Positions 38,851 to 53,201 of a stretch of 64,000 bases of DNA are shown here, piece after piece. The stretch is from assembly GCA_964016885.1 (NCBI GenBank), contig OZ024743.1, forward strand, positions 123,566,001 through 123,630,000. Direction: 5' to 3'. Below the pieces are notes generated by a model. That model was not told where the DNA came from. It did not search any database and saw only the letters and a list, made by a program, of their open reading frames with translations. Made by a program: the position numbers and the translations under genes. This DNA is from Eledone cirrhosa (taxonomy: Eukaryota). The first letter of the stretch is position 1, and each line of letters begins with the position of its first letter.

Positions 38851-39062
38851 TCAAACACTACTTCCAGCGGGTCCTGTCAGAAGCAACCGTCTCCAACTGA
38901 TCTGGCTGGATCCCCAAACGTGACCAGCCAAGCTCATAGATGATATCCAACCATCTTCCTCGGTGTCTACCCTTCGGTCTCCTGGCGATTGGTTTTGCCC
39001 GTAAAATCCGTCCAGCGGTTCTTTCCTGAAGCATTCTAACCACATGTCCATAGTATATTTGC
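38851..39062 (-). pseudogene. RTE LINE C-terminal fragment
   Basis: YYGHVVRM...RRPKGRHRGRWLD...DRTRWK. Confidence 0.75.
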
Positions 39063-41049
39063 TCATCCGCTAAATATAAAAAGCATTTTCTGGTGTATAT
39101 GATGTGCATCTAGAAAAGCAAGTCAGGAGGAAAAACGAATTTGGTGATGTTTAAACTCGGGAACAGGACGAAACCGAATACAATACTGCATTTAGGTCTA
39201 TATTTTACTGCTTCAGCCACCTCTCCTGCTTTAATGTTATTTATTAAATTTTGACTAGGTAGAGAGATACTCTGCATTTAAAGACAGTATGAAATTAGTG
39301 TGACATTCTTTGTAAAAGTAAAATGAAATTTTATCATAAGAGACAGAGAACGTGTTCGTATGCAGTGTTTATCTTTTGCTCAATTAATTTCATTTTACAT
39401 TTAGCAATAACAATCAAAACGATGGGTTGACCCATATCAACTTATTGACCTTTGCTCTTTAAACTCTGCTGTTAGTGATCGAACTTTGTGGAGAAAAATA
39501 TCTCATGTTGATGCGCAGTCTGCAACTGGCGGAGTTTAGCGTCTGAAAAAAAAATATATATATATAATCTTTCACTGGCTACAAGTTCACTAATTTATAG
39601 AGAATACTATAGTCGGATCTATACAATGGATGACCGACACCTTCAAAATAATGGAAAGCGAAGTCGAACTAGGATTTGAACTCAATGCAATGACATGGGA
39701 ATAAGGAAAATATGCCGTCCAGCATTTTTGCTTTCTATGCGAATTCACGCATGTGAAGAATGGTGAAATACTTGGTAGTAATCTAAAACTTCCTATATTT
39801 GCTTGGTAATGTAAATATTGTCATTGGCTCGTATCCAAAATAAGGAGCGTTTCAAGAGCTAAACGGATATTTACACAATTTCTGAATGAATCTAAGAATT
39901 TTCATCCATCAGAATTATACATTTTTGCATAATGAAGAATAAGGAAATGTCAGATAATTCAAAGAAAATGATAATTATAGCGCACAAAGATACACTGCAA
40001 GTGTTATGAACACAATAATCCTTAAAAAACAGTAAGTAAAACTGGGACTGTGTATAGTTCGATTAGATAATGATTGCTATGTGTAACAGTTAACTGTAAA
40101 ACATTCGAAATAGTATCAATAGCTCACAAACAAAAGCGTGCATACGCGCGAGCACACATTCATCTAGGCACGCACACACACTTGCAGATACATGCGTATA
40201 TATATATATATATGCGTGTGTGTGTGTGTGTGCGTGTGTGTATCTATGTGTGTGAGTGTGTATGCTCATGTGCGGGTGAGTACGCGTGTGTATGCGCGCT
40301 TTTGATACCATTTTGGACGTTTTACAGTTTACACATAGCATATGCTATATTCAATATATATATATATATTTAAGCTGGGATTCAGCTATCTAATTTAAAA
40401 CGGTTAGAGTTTTCACTTTCCCTTAGCTTAAAGCGCCTAACTGGTATCTGAGGGATATCGGTTTCGATTCCTCATAGCGGCCGTATCCAACTTCTATTTC
40501 CGTCCCCACGCTATTTTATAAGCTATTTTATCTCCGTGCACAAACACTCCATTCCTTATACTAATAAAGAATGGTGTGCTCATATAGAAAGAGAAACGGA
40601 CTGTGGCAGAAAATTGGGATGTACGTTTAATAATTTGAAACGTAAATAATTTATACCTATATAACCTTGGCCAAATATAAAGAAATGTCCTTTTTATTTC
40701 TCCTGGGACAGAAAAGGGTGGTGCGTGTACACCGAAGAAGTCTCAACTAGGAATGAAACCAAAGCTGAACAATTTAATGGCGTTATAAAATATATTTGTT
40801 GGTATTTGTCTAAGTATGTTCAAATACCAATACAAGTACTGACTTCTTAGTCAGTACTTGTATTGTACTTGTATTTGTACTGCCTATAAATTCATTTCTT
40901 AACGTATAAATATCGCGAACACACTGTTTAATGCCTCGATATTATGCTTGTATGTGTGGGCATGTATGTGCATGTGTGTACGCGTGGTTAAGGATACAAA
41001 CAGGTTCGATAGAATACAGAATCTACATGTGCAAACAGTTACTTTCTTT

Positions 41050-41252
41050 GCTAATAGAGCCAGGGATAAAATGCCATTGTGGTATTTGTGCTGGCTCTAA
41101 TTTAGGTTTTGAGTTCAAATTCAACCAAGGCCTACATTGCTTTTCCTTCTAAAGTCAATAAAATAAAGTGCCATTCAAATACTGGGGTTGATGTAAAAGA
41201 CTTTCCCCTTCCCAAAAATGTCCTGGCCTTGTGCCTACTTTAGAAATCAATA
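41050..41252 (+). mobile_element. Diverged SINE copy
   Basis: gagttcaaatt B box and ctggccttgtgcctactttagaaatc 3' end. Confidence 0.65.
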
Positions 41253-42230
41253 TTATTGTTATTTCTAATATACATATGCTTTTCTACGTGAAAAATTGCA
41301 TTACGTATTTATATGTATATATGTATACCTGATTAAATTCATGAATAATATGTGAATATTAATGTGTAGGATGGGGAGAAAAATGGAAAATATATTCAAA
41401 ATTTCTGTAGCTATCTTGTTATACATTTTTAATGTCTCTTTTGGTGAGTGGTTCATCTACATAAGTACATGATAAGTACTACGTAGATACTTTGATATTT
41501 CCATTCCTAACACCATGATATAAAATATGAGAAAGAAACATCTTCAAAGATACGAAGCTTTGACAAATTCATCTAAAGACTACCGCTATCCCAGCTCCAC
41601 CCATTCACCTTAAGCGCAAAATTTCCTCCAATCCACCAACTAACTTCATTGACAATCAAAGGAAGATTATTTTTCTCTGAGGCTTGGAGTCAAATTTCCT
41701 GGTGAAGAAACTAGTTATTAATCACAAGAAGACAGAGAAAGCCAAGGGAAAACAAGCAAAGACAGACAGAGTGAGCTAAGGAGAAACAAGCAAAGATAGA
41801 CAAGGAAAGCTAAGGGGAAGGAAGCAGAAAGACAGACAGAGAAAACCACGGGAAAGCAGGCAAAGACAGACAGATAAAACGATGGGAAAGCAGGCAAAGA
41901 CAGACAGAAAGAAATCCGATTACTAAAACAAAATATGCTATGTAATACACACACACCAAAAAACAAAAAAGAGATTTAACAAAACATGGGACAAACTTTG
42001 GTTGGCGATCGAAATAGAGTAGGCTTGGTATACAAAGAGGGATATAATAGTCTTAGAAGACCGATATATTTTGTTCAATAATTTCCACGTTGACTAGAGT
42101 AGCAGATTTATTATCGCGAGATTTTTCTCTACATATACGCACACAGATGTGCGCAGCAACACACACACACACGCGCGCGCGCGAGCGCGCGCGCGCGTAT
42201 GCATGTATATAGATATAATATATATACATC

Positions 42231-43050
<820 letters not shown>

Positions 43051-43387
43051 AATATGAAAAGAATCAGGACCCCGACAGCTGAGCTCTGGCCTTTTCGATA
43101 GCTAGATCCGGACTAGCTGTCGAAACAGCCGGAGCTCAGCCGTGGGGGTTCTCACTCTTTTCCTATATATATATATATATATATGAATATATGTATGAAT
43201 GTATGTATGTATATGTATTGGTGTGTGTGTGTGTGTGTCCACGTGTGTGTGCGCGTTTGTATACAGGTGTATATGTGTGTGTATATGAGTGTTTCCGTGC
43301 GCGAATGATCATGTTCTTTATTCAGATATGCATATTTCTGTTTCTGTCTATATATACATGTGTATAAATTTGCAGAGAAACGTCAAC

Positions 43388-43533
<146 letters not shown>

Positions 43534-44003
43534 ATATATACATGCATACATACATGCATACATACATATATGTAAATATAAGGTTGATTAAAATTCATTG
43601 TTCAATCAACGTTCTAGCTGAAATAGTTCTGTAATTATTTAGATATACATACTTTCCGACGATTTAGAACTGTAAATTCTTATTGTGGATTGATTGCAGC
43701 GTCAACCGGAATATGTTACCTGTGTGATTTTATGATGATAATTAAATATAGAATATTTTATATAATATTGATAGATAGATAGAGGGAGAGAGACAGACTG
43801 GTAGAGAGAGAGAGAGAGATTGCTGGATAGACAGATAAGTAGATCAATAGATAGATAGATAGATAGATAGATAGAGGGAGAGAGAGAGAGAGAGAGAAAG
43901 AGACAGAGAGAGATAGTTAGATAGATAGATAGAGAGATAGAGAGATAGAGTGCGAGAGAGAGAGACATTGCTGGGTAGGTAGACAGACAAGTAGATCAAT
44001 AGT

Positions 44004-44086
<83 letters not shown>

Positions 44087-44088
<2 letters not shown>

Positions 44089-46440
44089 TTCTTTATTAGC
44101 CACAAGGGCGCAACAAGAAAGGGGACAATACAAAGACATGCCGGGGATTTTACATACAGTCGTGTAAAAAATATAAAAACAAACAATTTCAACAATCGAA
44201 ATCCCCAATAGGGGGGAGGCGCCACAAATGGGTTGTTTAATACCCCGTCGATAGAACAACCCTCAACTCAAGGAGCGTGTTGTGCAAGTGCTCCTTTCTT
44301 CCTTTTGCTCTCTTCCTCAACCTACAGGCTTATAAACAGAGAAGGCCCAATCACTCGGGCCATTTTCGCTTCATTCACCCACCTTTCAGTAAATTTACTG
44401 GGGTGCAGTGCCTCTCTCTCCACCCTGATTCTCCTTCTAAAGTGATACTTAAAGAATGGAATCAATTGTTGTCCGGAGAGAAAGGCATCTGTCCTCAGTC
44501 CTCTCAACCTCGTCCACCATATAACTTCTTTCACCATAGCCACCGTACAGAGGAAAACCGCCTCTCTTTCGTTTTTGAAAGAGTCTGGCGGTTTGATCCT
44601 TACTATGGACTCGGCAGTCAACTGTATTTGTCCCATACGCGACAGCAGTTGTTCTGCATAGTTCCACAGGTCGCTTACGCCCGGGCAGTGTACAATTGCG
44701 TGCAGAACTGTTTCAATGTCCTGCGCACATCTTGGACACGTCCTCTTGGAAGGATCCCTGCCAGGGCGTCCGTGCCTGTAGATCTTGTCACGAACCGGTA
44801 GAGCTCCTCGGTAGCACTGCCAGGCCAGGGACCTCTGGAAGTTGTCCATAGGTCCCGGGCGGAAAGTCCTACCAAACATACTGGTGAGCTCATCGTCTTC
44901 GACGCCCAGAGTCTCTCCGAGCACGTCGTCGCCCTTGTAACGTACAATCCCTCTATAGAATGTCGAAGTGGAGTCTCCACTGATTGCTGCGCCCGCTTGC
45001 CAGAGGACTGTGAGCGCCTGAGCGCATTCAATGTGCCAGGCGCCCATCGTTTTCGGTCTTTTCTTCACCCAGGACTGCAGCTCCGTTAGCGAGACGAGCT
45101 GTGGGAAAGCCTGTCTCACAAACGGTGCCCACACCGGTTGGGGGTCGGTGAGGAATACCTGGAGATGCCGCAGCCTCAGCGCATGTTTGCGCATCATCAG
45201 CCACGGCATTCCCAGCCCTCCGTTGGAAGGGTGCTGACAGCAGACGGATCTCCTCACCAGCGGAGCCTGCTTCTTCCACAGAAACTGGAAGAGCATGCGT
45301 TCCATCTTGGCGAGGTGTTCACGGGGACAAGGCACGACAGTCAAGCGGTAGTAGATGACGGACGCTATGAAAGTGTTCGCCACCTCCGCTCGACCTTTCA
45401 AGGACAGTTTGCACTCTGCCCACTTCTGAGTGAGTGCAAACACCTTGGCCGTGACCTCGTTCCAGTTTTTCTCCACCTGGAGGTCTGGACCGAACCAGAC
45501 CCCGAGCAATTTCACCGGTCCGTCCGTCCAGCGTCCAACGACGCTGTCGGATGTCATCGGTTTGCCTCTCCACGTACCGAGTTGCAAACCGACAGACTTG
45601 TCTGGGTTTAGTTTTGCTCCCGTCAGCGTTTCGTATTCTTTCAGTATGTTGCCGATCACCCCGATTTCCGAGGTGCTCGACACCATTACTGTCACGTCGT
45701 CGGCATAAGCCGACGCCGCTTTGCGCAGTCCCGGTTCTAGGGGGATGCCCTGCAACAGCTCCAATTTCCGCAGTAGTGGCTCTAGAGTCAATACATACAG
45801 AATGGAGGAGAGAGGGCATCCCTGTCGAATGGAACGCGTGATTGCGAACGGCTCCGATAGGTAGCCGTTCACCTTGACCCTCGAGCAGATGCTGGTGTGC
45901 ATCGCCTCGATCCATCCTCTGAACACGGGACCGAAACCGGCCGCCTTGAGAACCGCTTCCAAGTATCGATGGTCGACCCTATCGAATGCCTTAGACTGAT
46001 CCAAGTTGATCAGAGCCGGGTTTACTACCGAAGCCGGGTTTACTACCCACCCTCTCTATGATGTATCGCATGAGGTGGAGGTTGTCGTGTATGGACCTGG
46101 TCGGGATTGCACACGTTTGCGCTTTCCCTACCAGGTTCTCGACGACAAGCGCCAACCTCGTCGCGAGCACCTTGGCCAAAATCTTTAACTCTGTGTTGAG
46201 CAGAGTTATGGGCCTGAAGTTGTTAATTTCGTCCCCCTTGTTCTCGTCTTTCCTGATCAGCGTTACTACGCCCTTGCCTGCAGAACTGGGAATTCTCCCG
46301 TTCTGCTGCCAATTGCAGTAGACGGCTTCGAGGACGCCAGAGAACAAGTCCGGCATGCCTATGTAAAATTCGTAGGGTAGACCATCTAGACCGGGTGACT
46401 TGCGTTTCCCGCAGCGGCCCAGAGCGTCCCGTATCTCAGT
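44087..46440 (-). mobile_element. Tx1 LINE copy E1, 5'-truncated, in (GATA)n
   Basis: RT to C-terminus (QGCPLS, YADD, CPRC); a small duplication near 46020 causes a frameshift; (GATA)n on both sides. Confidence 0.93.
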
Positions 46441-46520
<80 letters not shown>

Positions 46521-49347
46521 TGTTTCTTTTATTTGCCACCAGGGCATCAAAAGTGGGACAAGTACAATGGGGGAGATTTACAAAACAAGGCGTCCTCAAT
46601 AAGGGGGAGGCAATAACAATATATAAAAATAAAATAAAATATAACAAAAAATAAAATTTATAACAAAGTCCTCAATAGAGAGGAGGCGCCTTGGGGGGTC
46701 GCGCACACCCCCGAAAAAAGTGTGCAACCCTTCTCCTCAGGAGCACAGAGAAGGGGTGCTCCCTTGGTCTTTGATCTTCCTCACCTATAGTCTGATGTAG
46801 AGTGAAGGCCCATTCACACGGGCCATTCTCGCCACTTTCACCCATCTTTCATAGAAACGGCTGGGGGGCAGCACCTCTCTCTCCATCCTGATCCTTCTTC
46901 CGAAATGATATCGGAAGAAACGGACCAGTTGTTGGCCAGAGAGAAAGGTGTCTGACCTCAGTCCTTTCAGACGCGTCCACCATACAACCTCTTTCGCCAT
47001 GGCTATTACGCACAGAAACACCGCCTCTCCTTCGTTTTTGAAGAGGGGAGGCGGCTTGATCGTTACAATAGACTCGGTGGTCAACCGGATCGGTCCCACC
47101 CTTGACAGCAGTTGTTCGACATAGCCCCACAGATCGGCAATGCCCGAGCAGTGTACCAATGCGTGTGCAACGGTTTCCTCGTCGCACACGCATCTGGGAC
47201 AGACCTTTTTTGATGGCTCCCTACCCGGGCGCCCGTGTCTGTAGAGCCTTTCTCGAACGGGCAGAGCCCTTCTGTAGCATTGCCAGGCCAGGGACCTCTG
47301 GAAGTTATCCATGGGTCCCGGGCTGAATGTCCTACCGAACAGGTTGGCCAGTTCGTCTTCCTCCATGCCTAGGGCTTCTCCGAGGGCGTCGTCGCACCTG
47401 CTAACCACCAGCCCTCTATAGAATGACGAGGTGGATTCTCCACTGACAGCCGGGTCCGCCTGCCAGAGAGCCGTGAGCGCCTGGGCACACTCGGTGTGCC
47501 AGGCGCCCAGTTTTCTCGGTCTTTGCTTGACCCAGGATTGCAGCTCGGTGAGTGAGACGAGTCTGGGAAAGGCTCGCCTCACAAACGGGGCCCACACCGG
47601 TTGACCGGAGAGGAATACCTGAAGGTGCCGTAGCCTTAATGCGTGTTTACGTATCATCAGCCAGGGCATCCCCAGCCCTCCTTTCGAAGGGTGTTGACAG
47701 CAGATGGATCTCCTCACCATAGGAGCCCGCTTCTTCCAAAGGAATTGGAAGAGTGCGCGCTCCATTTTGGTGAGCGTTTCCCTTGGGCAAGGCACCACGG
47801 TCAGGCGGTAGTAGATGACGGACGCTATATAAGTGTTCGCCACCTCCGCCCGACCTTTCAGGGACAGTTTGCACTCGGCCCACTTCTGGGTCAGTGCAAA
47901 CACCCTGCTCGTCACCTCACCCCAGTTCTTCTCCACCTGGAGGTCTGGTCCGAACCAGACCCCGAGCAATTTCACCGGGCCCTCCGTCCAGCGCCCGACG
48001 ACGCCATCGGAGGGCATCGATCTGCCCCTCCACGTGCCGAGTTGCAGACCGATCGACTTGTCCCGGTTCAGCTTAGCCCCTGTAAACCTTTCGTACTCCT
48101 CCAGTAAGGTGCCGATCGCCCCGATTTCCGAGGCCGTCGACACCATTACTGTTACGTCATCGGCGTAGGCTGACACCGCTTTCCGCAATCCCGGTTCCAA
48201 CGGGATGCCCTGCAACAACTCCAATTTCCGCAGCAGTGGCTCTAGAGTCACTACATACAGAAGGGAGGAGAGAGGGCACCCCTGTCGGATGGACCGCGCG
48301 ATTTCGAACGGCTCCGAGAGGTAGCCGTTCACCTTGACCCTAGAGCAGATGCGGCTGCTGTGCATGGCATTGATCCAGCCCCTGAAAACGGGTCCGAAGC
48401 CTGCCGCCGCTAGCACCAGGTAACCATGGTCGACCCTATCGAATGCCTTAGATTGATCCAAGTTGATCAGGGCCCCACCAAAGCTGGGTTCGTTCCCAAC
48501 CCTCTCTATGATGTATCGCATGGGGTAGAGGTTATCGTGGATGGACCTGGACGGGATAGCACATGTCTGCGCATCTCCCACCAGGTTGCCCACGACAAGC
48601 GCCAACCTCTTTGTTAGCACCTTGGCCAAAATCTGTAACTCTGTATTTAGCAGAGTTATGGGCCTGACATTATTTATATCGTCCCCCTTGTTATCGTCCT
48701 TCCTCACTAGCGTGACTACGCCCTTGGTCACAGCACAGGGAATTCTCCCGTTCTGTCGCCAGTTGCAGTAGACCGCCTCGAGGAGTTCGGGGAACAAGTC
48801 CGGCATAGCTAGATATAGTTCGTATGGAAGACCATCGAGACCCGGGGATTTGCGTTTGCCGCATTGGCTCAGAACGTCCTCTATCTCAGCGGCTGAAATC
48901 GGCTCCTCGCAGGACTTCGCCTCCCTGTCCGAGAGACGCGGCAGGCCGTCGAGGTATGGACCGAAGTCCACGTCCCCAACCGGCACCCCGCCCCTTCCGA
49001 ACAATTCGGCAAAGTGCTTTTGAAAAGCCTCGCACATCTGCTTAGGTTCAAGGATCACCCGTCCATCCTGGTCTCGCAAAGACCGGATAGTGGATCTGCT
49101 CCCTCTTTTGGCTTCTGTCACGCGGACCCAGCTAACAGCTTTGGTCCCCTCGTTTCCCAGAGCACGTATTTTGCTTCGGACGATGCAGCCTTCGTGTTTC
49201 GCGTCGAAGAACTGGCCCAGGGCCGTTCTCGACGCTAGCACTCTGGCCACGTCGCCGCTTCTAATTGCCTCTTCTACACTATCTACCAATTCCCTTTCCT
49301 TCCTATTTCTATTGGAGGCTAACTCCTTACTAAATTCTATAGAGACT

Positions 49348-49349
<2 letters not shown>
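46521..49349 (-). mobile_element. Tx1 LINE copy E2, 5'-truncated, in (GATA)n
   Basis: Uninterrupted 834-aa ORF 46785-49289 with complete RT and zinc finger. Confidence 0.93.
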
Positions 49350-49403
<54 letters not shown>

Positions 49404-49404
<1 letters not shown>

Positions 49405-50270
49405 TTTTTTATTTACCATAAAGGCATAAAAAGAAGGGACAAATACAAAGGGGGAGTTTACATACAATCGAGTAAAAAGGGTATAAAATGAAAATAATCG
49501 AAAACAACCTCAAAAGGGAGGGGACGTGATGGGGGTTGCACACACCCCCGAAAAAGTGTGCAATCCTTTGCCCGGGGAGCACATGGAGAAGGTGCTGCCT
49601 TCTCCTTCACTTCTTTACCTACAGGATGGTATACAGAGAAGGCCCATTTACACGAGCCATTCTCGGCACTATCACCCACCTTTCATAAAACTGCCTGTGG
49701 CCAAGCACCTCTCTCTCCATTCTTATCCTTCTTCCGAAGTGATATCGGAAGAAGTAGACCAGACTATGGCCAGAGAGGAAGTTGCCTGACCTCAGACCTT
49801 TCAATCGTGTCCACCAAACAACCTCTTTCAACATGGCTATTACGCACAGAAAAACCGCCTTTGCTTCCTTTGTGAAGAGGGGAGGCGGTTTGATTGTCAT
49901 CACGGACTCGTCGGTCAATTGAATCGGCGCCACCCGCGACAGCAGTCGTTCGGCGTAGCCCCACAGATCAGCCACGCCCGGACATTGCACCAATGCGTGC
50001 GCAACGGTTTCTTCGTGACGCACGCATCTATGGCAAATCTTTTTCGAGGGATCCCTGCCCGGGCGCCCGTGTCTGTAGAGCCTCTCTCGAACGGGTAGAG
50101 CCCCCCGGTAGCACTGCCAGGCTAGTGACTTCTGGAAGTTGTCCATTGGTCCCGGGCCGAAAGTCCTACCGAACAGGCTGGCCAGTTCGTCCTCTTCCAT
50201 GTCCAGCGACTCTCCAAGGGTGTCATCGCCCCTGCTAGCCACCAGCCCTCTATAGAATGATGAGGTGGTT
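49404..50270 (-). mobile_element. Tx1 LINE copy E3, 5'-truncated, in (GATA)n
   Basis: ORF2 C-terminus (MDNFQKSLAWQCYRGALPV, CHRC) plus 3'UTR. Confidence 0.92.
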
Positions 50271-50332
<62 letters not shown>

Positions 50333-50333
50333 T

Positions 50334-50830
50334 ATTTCTTTATTAGCCACAGGGGCACAAAAGAAGGGGACAAATACAAAGGGGGAAGTTTACATACAAT
50401 AAAAACGTGTAAAATGTTATCACAGATGGAATTTAAAAGTTAGTCGATTTTCCCCAATAGAGGGAGACAGTTTATATGGGTAACACAGACCCCCGAAAAA
50501 AATGTGCAACCCTCATCTCCAGGAGTACGAAGAGCTTGTACTCCTTTCCTCTCCTCCTCCTTTTCCTCAACCTACAGGCTGATATAGAGAGAAGGCCCAT
50601 TCACTCGGGCCATTCTCGCCACTTTCACCCACCTTTCATAAAACTTGCTGGGGTACAGCACCTCTCTCTCCATCCTGATTCTTCTTCCAAAGTGGTATTT
50701 GAAAAAAAGAATCAGTTGTTGGCCGGAGAGAAAGGTGTCTGACCTCAGCCCTTTCAACCTTGTCCACCATACAACCTCTTTCGCCATAGCTATCACACAA
50801 AGGAAAACCGCCTCTCCTTGGTTTTTGAAG
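50334..50830 (-). mobile_element. Tx1 LINE copy E4, 5'-truncated, in (GATA)n
   Basis: Last ~85 aa of ORF2 plus 3'UTR; short gatagatagatag at 50831. Confidence 0.9.
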
Positions 50831-51259
50831 GATAGATAGATAGTTGACATACACACATAACCTTCAAATGCCACATTTTACTCATTCAGAAGATAAGAAA
50901 TTTAATACAAAGGTGTTCAATAAATAATTTAACAACGGCTATGTGTAAAGTAGAAGAAAAATTGAAGAAGCATCAATATACGAATTAAAGTTAATATATG
51001 TGTTTTTCCTTTACTCCATTATATATAGTATATTACATTATAATATTAATGGGACAGCCAATAAGGCAATATTTTTGTCAATTGAGCTAGTTATTATTGC
51101 AAAAGCGAACTTCACCGCCCTATTACAAAAGAGTTGTACTCTAACATAATTACGCAATATGGAGCGTTGCAAAATGCACCAAGTAAAAAATTTTAACTCT
51201 AATGGCCGTTTTTATTGTAGTTTGTGTGAATAAATTTCTTTAATATACAGTTAGAAAAT

Positions 51260-51555
51260 GTAATGGACAAAAATAGAGATTTAGTCTCATTCTCACTAAT
51301 TACCCGAACTTGCTCTGTCAGGCTATCAACTTTTTAGATCCTTGCATTTCTTGCGCGAGAAGCAATTCCCGAATTATGAAGAGTTTATAAACAATATAGA
51401 TGTGTTTTTGTCTGGAAACCCAAAGAATCTTTTTCTCCAAGATAGCAAAAACTTACCTAATAGATGGGATTACGTCATCGAAAATGGAGGAAAATATTAC
51501 CATGATTGAATATGTCAACTATTATTAAATAAAATTTACTTTCTTATCCGAATAG
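51260..51555 (+). pseudogene. Mariner transposase C-terminal remnant
   Basis: LPELALSGYQLFRSL (~SPDLAPSDYHLFRSL) and LPNRWDYVIENGGKY. Confidence 0.7.
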
Positions 51556-51871
51556 CGCGCGCACACACACACTTGTACTAATATATTTCCTCAAAATACT
51601 GTGTCGTTTGCTTTGTACTTCTGTTCACTTTTTACACACACATATATTTTTCAATCATATCTTATTTTGTTTGACCCGTTTAGCTTGTTCGCTTTTTTGG
51701 CTCAGGTGGTTAATGGCTTCTTAACCATCGTCTCAGTTTGTATGACCTTTTTAACTTATGTTTATAGCTCTGATATCTTCATATCCATAGAGCGCTTGTC
51801 TACACAATACGGAAGTTGCGTTTAGCTAATTTCTACCCGCCGAAATCCGATTCTCGCTAAATTTATATTTG

Positions 51872-51942
<71 letters not shown>

Positions 51943-52072
51943 CCCAAAAATGTATTTATTAGAATGCTGTTGAATTGTGTATACATTTTTGTGACACCCT
52001 GTATATACATACATATATATGAAATAGCTGTCAGAACGGCTTGAGCTCTATCGTCGGGGTCCTGAACATTTT

Positions 52073-52131
<59 letters not shown>

Positions 52132-52330
52132 CAAATAGTTTTATCGGTCTAAATGGCTGAATACAATAAATGTAATCTGAATTTTCGAATATTAATAATA
52201 ATATTCAATTCGTTTACAATTATGCAAACAGCCTCTTTAAAGCCATGTCAGAAGAATGATTCCATCATTCTCGCTCTTGTGTGGCATGTAAACAGAACTG
52301 CAGACACTAATACTTTTATGTATATATGTG

Positions 52331-52408
<78 letters not shown>

Positions 52409-52411
<3 letters not shown>

Positions 52412-53089
52412 GACGTAAAATAAGAAAATTTAAAAAAATTAAAAAAATTAACTTACTTACTAAAATTTCCACTCCAACTAATTAGTTTCTGCAATGGGAT
52501 AAAGACAGTTACGTAATCTAACTGTCGAGAATTCATTGCGTCATCAGGGAGTCTATTCTCAGCTAAGTCTCCAGGCAATGCGCGGACACTGGGGACTCAT
52601 ATAAAAATAATAATAATTCGGTAGATGGAACAGCTAGCGGGGACTCGATTCCATGCACTGAAAAGCTCGCTGTCTCTGGTCAAATGGCAGATTCTAAAGA
52701 ATCAATCACGTGACACTGAGGCTAGTCGGTAGGAGTGGGATGGTAAGATGACAGAAGCCTACTATCACACCAATAAATTAGTAGTGGTTTTGGCAGGTTT
52801 GCTCGACAAATAAGTAATTTGGAGATAAATATAGAGAATTTAGTATATCTACTAACATATGCGTACAGATGTACGCTAATGCTAGCAAATACACAGGTTA
52901 TGTCATAGTACCTAGGTGGTTCGATGCAGGAGGATGCAGAACAATAATATAAAAGACGTAAATTAAGAAAATTTTAAAAAATTTAAAAAATTAACTTACT
53001 TACTAAAATTTTCACTCCAACTAATTAGTTTCTGCAATGGGATAAAGACAGTTACGTAATCTAATTGTCGAGAATTCATTGCGTCATCA

Positions 53090-53092
<3 letters not shown>
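52409..53092 (-). mobile_element. Non-coding element with ~140-bp terminal direct repeats, each carrying an HHR core (retrozyme-like)
   Basis: Repeats ~52409-52549 and ~52952-53092, period 543 bp; (TA)n on both sides. Confidence 0.8.
52471..52552 (-). ncRNA. Type I hammerhead ribozyme with extended helix II
   Basis: actcc-CTGATGA-c gcaatg..gacagtta/taactgtc..cattgc a-GAAA-ctaattag-TT-ggagt; palindromic stem III ACTAATTAGT. Confidence 0.75.
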
Positions 53093-53134
<42 letters not shown>

Positions 53135-53201
53135 TATAGTAATAATAATAAAATTGAAGACTAAAATCCAAAGAGGGCTCATATATATATATATATATAT
53201 A

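Noticed and set aside
40425-40485. tRNA gene
   Set aside because: A B-box-like ggtttcgattcc is present but no cloverleaf could be folded; at most a decayed SINE head.
44087-50830. Tx1 stack as a tandem duplication or assembly artefact
   Set aside because: The four copies differ in 3'UTR, protein sequence and truncation point.
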